A stretch of 64,000 nucleotides of DNA from Candidatus Methanomethylophilaceae archaeon (GTDB lineage: Archaea > Thermoplasmatota > Thermoplasmata > Methanomassiliicoccales > Methanomethylophilaceae), in contig JBMNHS010000001.1 in NCBI GenBank assembly GCA_050950505.1, forward strand, positions 93,687 through 157,686, given 5' to 3'. Positions within the stretch are counted from its first letter, which is position 1, and each line of letters starts with the position of its first letter. Below are positions 27,172 through 34,754 of this stretch, in pieces. The notes under the pieces were generated by a model that was given only the letters and a program-made list of their open reading frames with translations, ran no database searches and was not told the origin of the DNA. The position numbers were made by a program, and so were the translations under genes.

Positions 27172-27663
27172 ATGATAGTGAACGCAGAACTGTACGTCAA
27201 GGATCTACCGGGTCGGCTCGTAGGTTCCCTTGAACCCATATCCATGGTTGACGGGAACATAAAAGGGGTCGTCCACGACCGTGAGCAGATCGTCAACAAC
27301 AGGATCTCGCTCAACGTTACATTTGAAGTGGAAGATTCCACAAGACTGAAGGAATTGGAAGAAATATGGAAAGCCAGGGACGTGATAATATCGAGCATAG
27401 ACTCGGTTTACAAAACATATCCCATGGAATACCTGTTGATCGGAAACCTGACCGCGGCTTACATTGAAAACCTGATGGAAGAAGCCGCCAAAAGAGTGAA
27501 GGTTGCCGCCATAGACATGAGATATTCGTCCAAGGATCTTCACGATGACAGGACTGCGATGATATCCGTAAAGGTGCGTGAAAAGGAAGATATCGAAAAA
27601 TTGGACGCTTTCCTGAGAACCGCCTGCAAAGAAGGCAACATGACCTATGTCAGGGGGCTTTGA
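27172..27663 (+). CDS. ACT-domain-like regulatory protein (upstream of hom)
   Basis: I prefer the start at MIVNAELYVKDLPGRL, about 25 nt downstream of the TATA-like taattaatata. The track ORF begins at 27073. The protein has two ACT-like halves, and its stop lies 1 nt before the hom ATG. Confidence 0.6.
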   Translation: MIVNAELYVKDLPGRLVGSLEPISMVDGNIKGVVHDREQIVNNRISLNVTFEVEDSTRLKELEEIWKARDVIISSIDSVYKTYPMEYLLIGNLTAAYIENLMEEAAKRVKVAAIDMRYSSKDLHDDRTAMISVKVREKEDIEKLDAFLRTACKEGNMTYVRGL

Positions 27664-27664
27664 G

Positions 27665-28663
27665 ATGCGCGTGTTCATAGCCGGATTCGGAACCGTCGGA
27701 CAGGGTGTCGCCGAAGTCATAGCTTCCAGGGAAGAGTTCTTCCTCAAACGATACTGCAAAAAAATACAGATTGTCGGTGTGATGGATTCCATCACCTACG
27801 TAACGGATTCCGAAGGATTGGACCCCCTCGGACTGGTATCCGTGAAAAAGGAAACCGGCAAAGTCGGCAAAGAGACCTACACCGATGCTTTGAAAGTCCT
27901 CGATTCCGTGGAATACGACACGTTGATAGAAGTCAGTCCCACGGATTACGACACCGGCGGACAGGGTCTGAAGAACATCGTTCATGCCCTTGAATGCAAA
28001 AAAGACGTGGTGACGACGAACAAAGGACCTCTCGCCATAAAATTCGGCGAACTCATATCGCTTGCGAAGAAGAACAAATGCAAGCTGAAGTTCGAAGGCA
28101 CGGTTGCGGGAGCCATGCCCATAATCAACCTTTGCCACGACAACCTCATCGGAGAGAACATCCACTCGATCAGAGGGATTCTCAACGGTACCTGCAACTA
28201 CATACTCAGCAAGATGGACAGCGGACAGCCTTTCGACCAGGCGTTGAAGGAAGCGCAGCAATTGGGATATGCTGAAACGGACCCCTCAGGGGACGTGGAA
28301 GGATATGACAGTGCCTGCAAAGTCGTCATTCTGGCAAACTCCCTGTTTGACAGAAACGTAACATTGTCCGATGTTTCCATCACAGGCATTACCGGAATCA
28401 CAGAAGAAGCCATATCTCTGGCCAAATCCAGAGACATGGTCATCCGCCTCATAGGAGAGGTCGGCGAAGACGTGTTGGAGGTTGCCCCGCGGCTTGTTCC
28501 GAAGGGTCATCCTCTTTCAGTCTCCGGCACATTGAACGCCGCACAGATCCAGAGCGATCTTGCCGGTCCGATAGCCATATCGGGACGGGGTGCGGGAAAA
28601 ACAGAGACCGCTTCGGCGGTACTCAGCGATCTGATATCAGTGATGGACGACCGAAAGGAGTAA
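27665..28663 (+). CDS. hom: Homoserine dehydrogenase
   Basis: N-terminal Rossmann motif MRVFIAGFGTVGQGV and catalytic region NGTCNYIL..A..LGYAE.DP..D..G.D. Confidence 0.9.
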   Translation: MRVFIAGFGTVGQGVAEVIASREEFFLKRYCKKIQIVGVMDSITYVTDSEGLDPLGLVSVKKETGKVGKETYTDALKVLDSVEYDTLIEVSPTDYDTGGQGLKNIVHALECKKDVVTTNKGPLAIKFGELISLAKKNKCKLKFEGTVAGAMPIINLCHDNLIGENIHSIRGILNGTCNYILSKMDSGQPFDQALKEAQQLGYAETDPSGDVEGYDSACKVVILANSLFDRNVTLSDVSITGITGITEEAISLAKSRDMVIRLIGEVGEDVLEVAPRLVPKGHPLSVSGTLNAAQIQSDLAGPIAISGRGAGKTETASAVLSDLISVMDDRKE

Positions 28664-28666
28664 GCA

Positions 28667-30235
28667 ATGACAGTGATAATCTACGATACCACCCTGCGTG
28701 ACGGCGCACAGGGGGAGGGAATATCCTTCTCTCTGCAGGATCGTATAGAAGTTCTCAGAGAACTTGATGAATTCGGAATAGATTTCGTAGAATGCGGATG
28801 GCCGGGTTCCAATCCCATGACCGACGAGTTGTTTGCCGCCGCAAAAGAAATGAATCTGAAGAACACGAAGATAACAGCCTTCGGCAGCACGAGAAGAAGA
28901 GACATCGAAGCGAAAGACGATGCCAATCTCAACGCCTTAATCGCTTCCGGTGCGAAATGGGCATGTATTTTCGGAAAAACCTGGGATTTCCAGGTGGAAC
29001 AGGTTCTCAACACCACCAAAGAAGAAAATCTCGCCATGATCAGAGACAGCGTTTCCTACCTCACAGAGAACGGAATGCAGGTGATGTTCGACGCGGAACA
29101 TTTCTTTGACGGGTATGCTTCGGATTCCGAATACGCATTGGCGGCCTTGGAGGCGGCGGCGGAGGCCGGCGCCGAATGGTTGGTTCTCTGCGAAACCAAC
29201 GGAGGGGCAATGCCTTACGAAATCGAAGAGGCCGTTTCCGTCGTGAAAGAAAAATTCAAGGACGTGGCCATAGGAATCCACTGTCACAACGATACCGAAA
29301 TGGCGGTTGCCAATTCCATCTCCGCCGTGAAGGCGGGAGCAACCATGGTTCAGGGTTGCATAAACGGAATAGGGGAAAGAACCGGGAACGCGAATCTGTG
29401 TTCCATAATCCCCAACGTCATGTTGAAAATGGGCAGAGAAACCAACGTGAAAGATCTTTCGAAACTTACCGGACTTTCGAAATTCGTCGGAGAAGTCGCG
29501 AACGTTGCGCCTCCGTCTTCGTTGCCGTATGTAGGAGAAAACGCGTTCGCCCACAAGGGTGGCACTCACGTTTCCGCTCTAATGAAAGATACCCGCACTT
29601 ACGAGCACATAGACCCGTCGGTAGTGGGAAACAGAAGGAAGGTATTGATTTCCGATTTGTCCGGAAGAGCCAGCATCCTGGAAAAACTCAGCGAACTGGG
29701 AATAACCGCGGATAAGAGCGACAGCGGACTGATAACGGAAACCGTCAAAGAACTGGAATCCAAGGGATATCAGTTCGAAGGCGCCGATGCGAGTTTCGAA
29801 CTGTTGGTTATGAGAATGAGAGGGGAATTCGAACCTTACTTCAACATAACGGGATTCAGGCTGTTCATCGACGAAGAGGATGACAAATTCACTTCGGAAG
29901 CCAGTATAAAAATCAAGAACAGAGACGGGGAGATAGAGCATACCGCATCCGACGGGGACGGACCCGTCAACGCATTGGACAATGCGCTGAGAAAGGCTCT
30001 GTCCAAGTTCTTCCCGATCATAGACAATATACGCCTTTCCGATTACAAAGTCAGGGTGCTTGACGAAAAATCCGCAACCGCGGCAACGGTGCGGGTCCTG
30101 ATAAGATCCACCGACGGGTCCGACAGTTGGACCACCGTCGGAGTGTCCCAGAACGTCATCGAAGCTTCGCTCATAGCTTTGGTGGACTCCCTGGAATACG
30201 CCATAATGATTAACGAGAGGAAGGCAGTGAAATGA
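28667..30235 (+). CDS. cimA: Citramalate synthase / 2-isopropylmalate synthase family (CimA type)
   Basis: HMGL-like N-terminus YDTTLRDGAQGEG, motifs HCHND and HKGGTH, and a C-terminal LeuA-type regulatory domain. 522 aa. The CimA-versus-LeuA choice is an inference. Confidence 0.8.
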   Translation: MTVIIYDTTLRDGAQGEGISFSLQDRIEVLRELDEFGIDFVECGWPGSNPMTDELFAAAKEMNLKNTKITAFGSTRRRDIEAKDDANLNALIASGAKWACIFGKTWDFQVEQVLNTTKEENLAMIRDSVSYLTENGMQVMFDAEHFFDGYASDSEYALAALEAAAEAGAEWLVLCETNGGAMPYEIEEAVSVVKEKFKDVAIGIHCHNDTEMAVANSISAVKAGATMVQGCINGIGERTGNANLCSIIPNVMLKMGRETNVKDLSKLTGLSKFVGEVANVAPPSSLPYVGENAFAHKGGTHVSALMKDTRTYEHIDPSVVGNRRKVLISDLSGRASILEKLSELGITADKSDSGLITETVKELESKGYQFEGADASFELLVMRMRGEFEPYFNITGFRLFIDEEDDKFTSEASIKIKNRDGEIEHTASDGDGPVNALDNALRKALSKFFPIIDNIRLSDYKVRVLDEKSATAATVRVLIRSTDGSDSWTTVGVSQNVIEASLIALVDSLEYAIMINERKAVK

Positions 30236-30504
30236 ACAAGACCATAGTAACCCTGGTCGGCAAAGACAATGTGGGAATAATCGCCGCCGTGTGCAATTAT
30301 TTCGCGGACAACAATATCAATATTCTTGATATCAAACAGACCACCGTTGACGTTTACATCAACATGATGATGATTGTCGACACGGACAAGTATGAAAAAT
30401 CCTTCGTGGAACTTTCCGAAGATCTCAAGAAAGTCGGAGAAAGCGTGGGGTGCATCATACAGGCACAGCATGAAGACATTTTCAACATGATGCACAGGAT
30501 CTGA
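30232..30504 (+). CDS. ACT domain protein (UPF0237 family)
   Basis: 90 aa. The sequence [29 protein letters not shown] is typical of stand-alone ACT proteins that pair with UPF0210. ATGA overlap with cimA. Confidence 0.75.
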   Translation: MNKTIVTLVGKDNVGIIAAVCNYFADNNINILDIKQTTVDVYINMMMIVDTDKYEKSFVELSEDLKKVGESVGCIIQAQHEDIFNMMHRI

Positions 30505-30508
30505 TTCC

Positions 30509-31873
30509 ATGGTTGACTTCGAAGAGGTCTTTGAAACCAATGCTATGATCAAGGAAGAGAGTCTGGACGTCAGAACCATAACCATGGGTATCAACCTGTT
30601 GAGTTGCTGCGATTCCGACCCGAACAGACTCTGCGAAAACATTTACAATAAAATCGTCGAGAAAGCAAAAAATCTTGTTTCGGTCGGCGACGCGATAGGT
30701 CTGAAATACGGCATACCGATAACCAACAAACGCGTCTCCGTGACACCGATATCCCTGGTGGGGGCATGCGCCTGCAAAACACCGGAAGATTTCGTCAAAA
30801 TAGCCAAAGCGTTGGACAAAGCGGCGGAAGATGTGGGGATAAACTTCATCGGAGGGTATTCCGCGCTGGTGGAAAAGGGAATGTCCGAAGCCGATAAGCT
30901 GCTTATCGAATCCATACCCGAAGCACTGTCGACCACCGAAAGAGTCTGCAGTTCCGTATCCGTGGCTTCCACAAGAACCGGAATCAATATGGATGCCGTC
31001 CGAAAAATGGGCGATATCATCCGTGAAACCGCCGAACTTACTAAAGACGAAGATTCCATCGGATGCGCTAAACTCGTGGTATTCTGCAATCCTCCCGATG
31101 ACAATCCGTTCATGGCGGGAGCCTTCCACGGAGTCACCGAGCCGGAAACCGTCATCAACGTCGGAGTTTCCGGACCCGGAGTTGTGAAAACTTCCGTGGC
31201 TCAGGTCAAAAACGAAAACTTTGAGGTTCTGTGCGAAACCATAAAGAGAACCGCTTTCAAGGTTACGAGAATGGGTCAGTTGGTCGCGAAAGAAGCGTCT
31301 GCCGAACTCGGTGTGCCTTTCGGCATCGTGGATCTGTCCCTGGCACCCACCCCTGCGATAGGGGATTCCATTGCGGATATCCTCGAAGCGATGGGCATTG
31401 AAAGAACCGGCGCACCGGGTACCACCGCGGCGTTAGCCATACTCAACGACCAGGTAAAGAAAGGGGGCGTGATGGCCTCTTCCTACGTCGGAGGGCTGAG
31501 CGGTGCGTTCATACCCGTATCCGAAGACAGTTCCATGGTGCGGGCAGTGGAATGCGGCGCGTTGACAATAGAAAAATTGGAAGCGATGACCTGTGTGTGC
31601 TCCGTGGGATTGGATATGGTAACGATTCCGGGAGATACGCCGGCAACGACCATTTCGGGAATCATAGCCGATGAAATGGCCATAGGAATGGTTAATAACA
31701 AGACGACTGCGTGCAGACTGATTCCGGTCATAGGAAAAGGACCGGGGGAGTATGCCGAGTTCGGCGGACTGCTGGGGTCCGCGCCGGTGATGAACGTGAG
31801 CAAATTCGGTTGCGAAGGATTCGTCGACAGAGGCGGAAGAATACCGGCCCCGATTCACAGTTTCAAGAACTGA
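30509..31873 (+). CDS. UPF0210/DUF711 family protein
   Basis: 454 aa. The N-terminus [16 protein letters not shown] and the overall length match my memory of the UPF0210 family. It starts 4 nt after the ACT gene. Confidence 0.75.
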   Translation: MVDFEEVFETNAMIKEESLDVRTITMGINLLSCCDSDPNRLCENIYNKIVEKAKNLVSVGDAIGLKYGIPITNKRVSVTPISLVGACACKTPEDFVKIAKALDKAAEDVGINFIGGYSALVEKGMSEADKLLIESIPEALSTTERVCSSVSVASTRTGINMDAVRKMGDIIRETAELTKDEDSIGCAKLVVFCNPPDDNPFMAGAFHGVTEPETVINVGVSGPGVVKTSVAQVKNENFEVLCETIKRTAFKVTRMGQLVAKEASAELGVPFGIVDLSLAPTPAIGDSIADILEAMGIERTGAPGTTAALAILNDQVKKGGVMASSYVGGLSGAFIPVSEDSSMVRAVECGALTIEKLEAMTCVCSVGLDMVTIPGDTPATTISGIIADEMAIGMVNNKTTACRLIPVIGKGPGEYAEFGGLLGSAPVMNVSKFGCEGFVDRGGRIPAPIHSFKN

Positions 31874-32155
31874 TCCGTGTTTTCATCGGATATGACATGT
31901 TTTGACCGACAGCGAAAGCTGTCGGTAAGTGAACCCGACTGTCCGAGACGGTATCGTATTCTTCGATGATGTTCGTTTTACCTTTTCCCGCAGCCGGTTG
32001 TCCGTCGGGAAACGGTGCAGGGTACGGTTAGTAAATAATCCGAATGCACAATTCAGAAAATCTGATTTTGGAAAACCTGTCATCGAGGGAAATCGGAATT
32101 GGAATCAATCTCGGTCAGAAGGATGAAAATTTAACAAAGAAGGAAAAGCGTTAAT

Positions 32156-32176
32156 CCCTCTTCGGTTTGAAGAGGG
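32156..32176 (-). terminator. Hairpin plus T-run downstream of tRNA-Trp
   Basis: On the minus strand, CCCUCUUC-aaacc-GAAGAGGG is followed a few nt later by CUUUUCC. It sits about 20 nt past the tRNA-Trp 3' end. Confidence 0.35.
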
Positions 32177-32196
32177 AGGCATCTAAATACGCAAGG

Positions 32197-32367
32197 TGGG
32201 AGCAGAGGGATTTGAACCCCCATCAGCGGGTTTCCACCACGGGGGGAGCGACCCCCCATGAAATTATTGAGTCATCGCTCCAGTTATTCATCATAACTCA
32301 GCCAAACTCAATTCAATCACACTCGATAACTGGAGCCCGCCAGTCTGCCAGGTTAGCCTATACTCCC
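32197..32367 (-). tRNA. tRNA-Trp (CCA) with 98-nt intron at canonical 37/38
   Basis: Exons: GGGAGUA-UA-GGCU-AACCUGGCA-GACU-G-GCGGG-CUCCAG | A-CCCGC-UGAU-GGGGG-UUCAAAU-CCCUC-UGCUCCC-A. The acceptor, anticodon (GCGGG/CCCGC) and T stems all pair. The D-stem is weak (one C.A mismatch, two G.U pairs). No CCA is encoded. Confidence 0.8.
32232..32329 (-). ncRNA. tRNA-Trp intron carrying box C/D sRNA-like elements (guide for C34)
   Basis: Elements read on the minus strand:
- CUGA at 32301-32298, a 3-nt loop, then a perfect AUGAUGA at 32294-32288. This is a D'/C' K-loop-like arrangement.
- An 11-nt guide AUAACUGGAGC (32287-32277), perfectly complementary to G31-G37 plus the first 4 intron nt.
- One nt later, AUGA (32275-32272).
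Counting 5 nt upstream of that box pairs with C34. Confidence 0.6.
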
Positions 32368-32387
32368 GTTGGATGATTGTGAAGTCA

Positions 32388-32495
32388 TCACTGTTTGCGC
32401 ATTTTAGCTGCTCTCTTTCTCCTTCTCATCTTCTTTTTGCGCCATTTCCAGCGTTGATTGCCGGCTTTTTTCCAGGCGCGTGAACTTCTTTTCAT
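32388..32495 (-). CDS. rpl41e: 50S ribosomal protein L41e
   Basis: 35-aa ORF, below the track cutoff: MKRSSRAWKKAGNQRWKWRKKKMRRRKRAAKMRKQ. This is the characteristic RWKW...KK.RR.KR pattern. GGAGG-like gaggag lies 8 nt upstream of the ATG. Confidence 0.75.
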   Translation of the reverse strand: MKRSSRAWKKAGNQRWKWRKKKMRRRKRAAKMRKQ

Positions 32496-32535
32496 GATCT
32501 TCTCCTCTGTTGAATATCTGCCTGTGAGCAGTGCA

Positions 32536-32639
32536 TGGCGGGCCCGTCGGGAATTTCGGTTTCTTTATTGTTGAAACTTTCGAACCCGAGGCGTCTGGCT
32601 TAGAAGGCCAGCGCTATATCCTGGCTAAGCCACAGGCCC
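32536..32639 (-). tRNA. tRNA-Arg (UCU) with 26-nt non-canonical intron in the T-loop (59/60), CCA encoded
   Basis: Acceptor GGGCCUG/CGGGCCC, D-arm GCUU-AGCCAGGAUA-UAGC, anticodon arm CUGGC-CUUCUAA-GCCAG. The T-arm UCGGG-UUCGAA[26 nt]U-CCCGA is interrupted. Discriminator G followed by CCA. Confidence 0.8.
32553..32578 (-). other. tRNA-Arg T-loop intron in an hBHBh' motif
   Basis: Minus-strand fold: the T-stem acts as the outer helix. A 4-bp helix UUCG/CGAA is flanked by 3-nt bulges (AAA on the 5' strand, AUU on the 3' strand). The inner helix is GUUUC/GAAAC with a 9-nt loop. Cutting between the 2nd and 3rd bulge nucleotides removes exactly 26 nt and restores the T-loop UUCGAAU. Confidence 0.7.
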
Positions 32640-32664
32640 GCGAAGATGACAAACGCCTTTACTC

Positions 32665-32671
32665 ATTTAAA
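32665..32671 (-). promoter_or_regulatory. TATA-box-like element for tRNA-Arg (and probably the rpl41e/tRNA-Trp unit)
   Basis: Minus-strand TTTAAAT is centred about 29 nt upstream of the tRNA-Arg 5' end. No comparable element lies in front of rpl41e or tRNA-Trp. Confidence 0.4.
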
Positions 32672-32674
32672 GGT

Positions 32675-33289
32675 TTACATAAAGGATATTATGTTCTCAG
32701 TGTTGACGGAATACTTGAGGTACAGATCGTAAAGTGAACCGTATCCCATGGCTATGCTGACGCCTTCGGCAATGCACAACAGACCCAGAATGAAAAGCAA
32801 CGGCCACCAATTCAGAATTTTGCCGAAAACCTTTATCAGTTCTTCTCCGAAATTGGTGATCATATACACTATCGCACCGACGATTACCGCCACGATTATC
32901 CTGGGCCATCCGTATGCCAGAAATGAAACATCGATTTTCCACAGAACCGAGCCGTCCAGCGAACCCAATAATATGTAACTCAGAATCATTACGAACAATG
33001 CCAGCAGAGCGGCGAAGTGTACGTCCTGAAACGGTCTGATGATTAGCGCAAACCCTCCGACCAGAACAATGACTGCCGTGGCCAGGTTCAATGCGCTCCA
33101 TCCGGCAGCGGCGGCGTATATCATAGCCACACCGACCGCAAAACCCAGGAACATCGCGAATTTGTATTTCGTGGAGTTTTTGTCTTTCAGATAAAAGAAA
33201 ACAACGAATACGGCAATCACTCCGCCTACTATCAGTATCAATTCCGTGAGGTGATTGGTAAGCCATTCCAGAATTGCGTCGGCGTCCAT
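32675..33289 (-). CDS. Hypothetical polytopic membrane protein
   Basis: 204-aa ORF with about 6 hydrophobic helices. No recognisable family. Confidence 0.55.
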   Translation of the reverse strand: MDADAILEWLTNHLTELILIVGGVIAVFVVFFYLKDKNSTKYKFAMFLGFAVGVAMIYAAAAGWSALNLATAVIVLVGGFALIIRPFQDVHFAALLALFVMILSYILLGSLDGSVLWKIDVSFLAYGWPRIIVAVIVGAIVYMITNFGEELIKVFGKILNWWPLLFILGLLCIAEGVSIAMGYGSLYDLYLKYSVNTENIISFM

Positions 33290-33718
33290 ACTGAGATATT
33301 GACCAATTTGATTATAAGCTTTGAGAACGGAATGATTCGATATGCATGAGATTCGCCATCAGTAAAACCAAAAAATCATTTTTTATCACAGATCCGATTA
33401 TAACGCCGAAAAGGATCTTGTTGTTTTCAATCGGATTTTCGACGCAGATTGATGTTGTTTCCCTGTGTTCCGACAATGAATTGAAAATTTACTGCGATTT
33501 ACAGTGAATATTCAGTAAATAATAATTTATCGCGATTGGAAGAAATGGTTTCGTTCACCTTCCGTGTAAAAAATACCTTTTTTCAACAGCCCTCTGCGGA
33601 AACCTGTAATGACGTCATACGGTACGACGGTGGCTTGACGGTGCAAGACATTGTGTTTTGAACCGGATATTCGGGCGTTGGTAGGTAATTATACTTCGGG
33701 TTCCGATAACTTATTGAT

Positions 33719-34036
33719 ATGGATATTCAGAATGTGGATTTCGTGATGAGTGCCGTATTCTTGATTGCTTCGGCATTGCTTGCTTTGATAGGAACTCAGT
33801 TTCAGAGAGGCAAATGGCTTGAGTGCATCACCCTCATCGATGCGAAAAAATACGACCGTGAAGGATTATCTAAAATTTCATCGGCCATGATGTATGCGAT
33901 TGCCGTTGCTTTTTCATTGTGTATTGTGGGTTTTTTGTTGAACAAAGCCGTAATTTTTTTCATTCTTTGCATGACAATCTGTATCGTTACGGTCATCGCC
34001 GGATACCATTACATGTTCAATCTGAAAAAGACATGA
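33719..34036 (+). CDS. Hypothetical small membrane protein
   Basis: 105-aa ORF with 3 hydrophobic helices, preceded by about 430 nt of AT-rich noncoding DNA. Confidence 0.45.
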   Translation: MDIQNVDFVMSAVFLIASALLALIGTQFQRGKWLECITLIDAKKYDREGLSKISSAMMYAIAVAFSLCIVGFLLNKAVIFFILCMTICIVTVIAGYHYMFNLKKT

Positions 34037-34180
34037 CGCATGTAACGGCCCTTTCGGATTCTTCATTGGTTTCCCGTTTGTGTCTCCGATGACCTCTCTG
34101 TTTCAATCTGCCGTATCGGACCGGCAGATATTTTACGAACAGAGAGTTGCGGATTGTTTCTCCGATAAACGTTCACGGTG

Positions 34181-34462
34181 TCAGAACACATGGATGAAAT
34201 GGGTCGGCACAAGCTCGTCGACGGCATCCCAATTCTCCTCGCCCACGGTTGCCCAGATCTTATCCCAACCCCGTCTGTTGAGATTGTGAACGGCTTCTTT
34301 GGTCACATCCCACTGCTCGGCCAAATCCTCAAGATAAGATTTCGGATTCAAAACGGCCACGGCTTCACGGAACGTGAGACCGCAACGATCCTGCAACCTG
34401 TACACGCTCAGCGCGAACTCTTCTTCGCTGGCGCCAAGATACCATTGTAAAACCATAATCAT
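34181..34462 (-). CDS. Hypothetical protein with putative helix-turn-helix segments
   Basis: 93-aa ORF. GLTFREAVAVL and LAEQWDVTKEAVHNLNRRGWDKI resemble sigma-70 region 4 / HTH units. The assignment is weak. Confidence 0.4.
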   Translation of the reverse strand: MIMVLQWYLGASEEEFALSVYRLQDRCGLTFREAVAVLNPKSYLEDLAEQWDVTKEAVHNLNRRGWDKIWATVGEENWDAVDELVPTHFIHVF

Positions 34463-34618
34463 AACAAATATGTTATATTATTTATACTTTTTTGTATCTG
34501 CAAATTTCACGCATACCGATACATCGGAAACACAGGAACACAGCCCGTGAATTGAATCTTTGAAATCCGTTGAACAGTCAGCAAAAAATCGGAAAGGGGC
34601 TCCGATTGAGAAAATAAG

Positions 34619-34691
34619 TGGACAGGGCGAGATTCGAACTCGCGACCTCTACAATGCCAATGTAGCGATCTTCCAACTGATCTACCTGCCC
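34619..34691 (-). tRNA. tRNA-Ala (GGC), no encoded CCA
   Basis: 73 nt. Acceptor GGGCAGG/CCUGUCC with the G3:U70 identity pair. D-arm GAUC/GAUC, anticodon arm CUACA-UUGGCAU-UGUAG, T-arm GCGAG-UUCGAAU-CUCGC. Confidence 0.93.
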
Positions 34692-34754
34692 GGCAATTTG
34701 AGAAGATATAATATTTCTATTAAAGGTTTACCCAGAGGAAGGGTGTATCCGATG

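Noticed and set aside
32301-32313. Second guide of the tRNA-Trp intron (AUUGAGUUUGG upstream of CUGA) as a guide for position 39.
   Set aside because: Pairing with the 3' exon gives only about 5 bp with mismatches, and the N+5 rule lands on A38 rather than position 39. I do not claim a second self-target.
33544-33660. 38-aa ORF (MVSFTFRVKN...) in the AT-rich spacer.
   Set aside because: It is too short and featureless to support from sequence alone.
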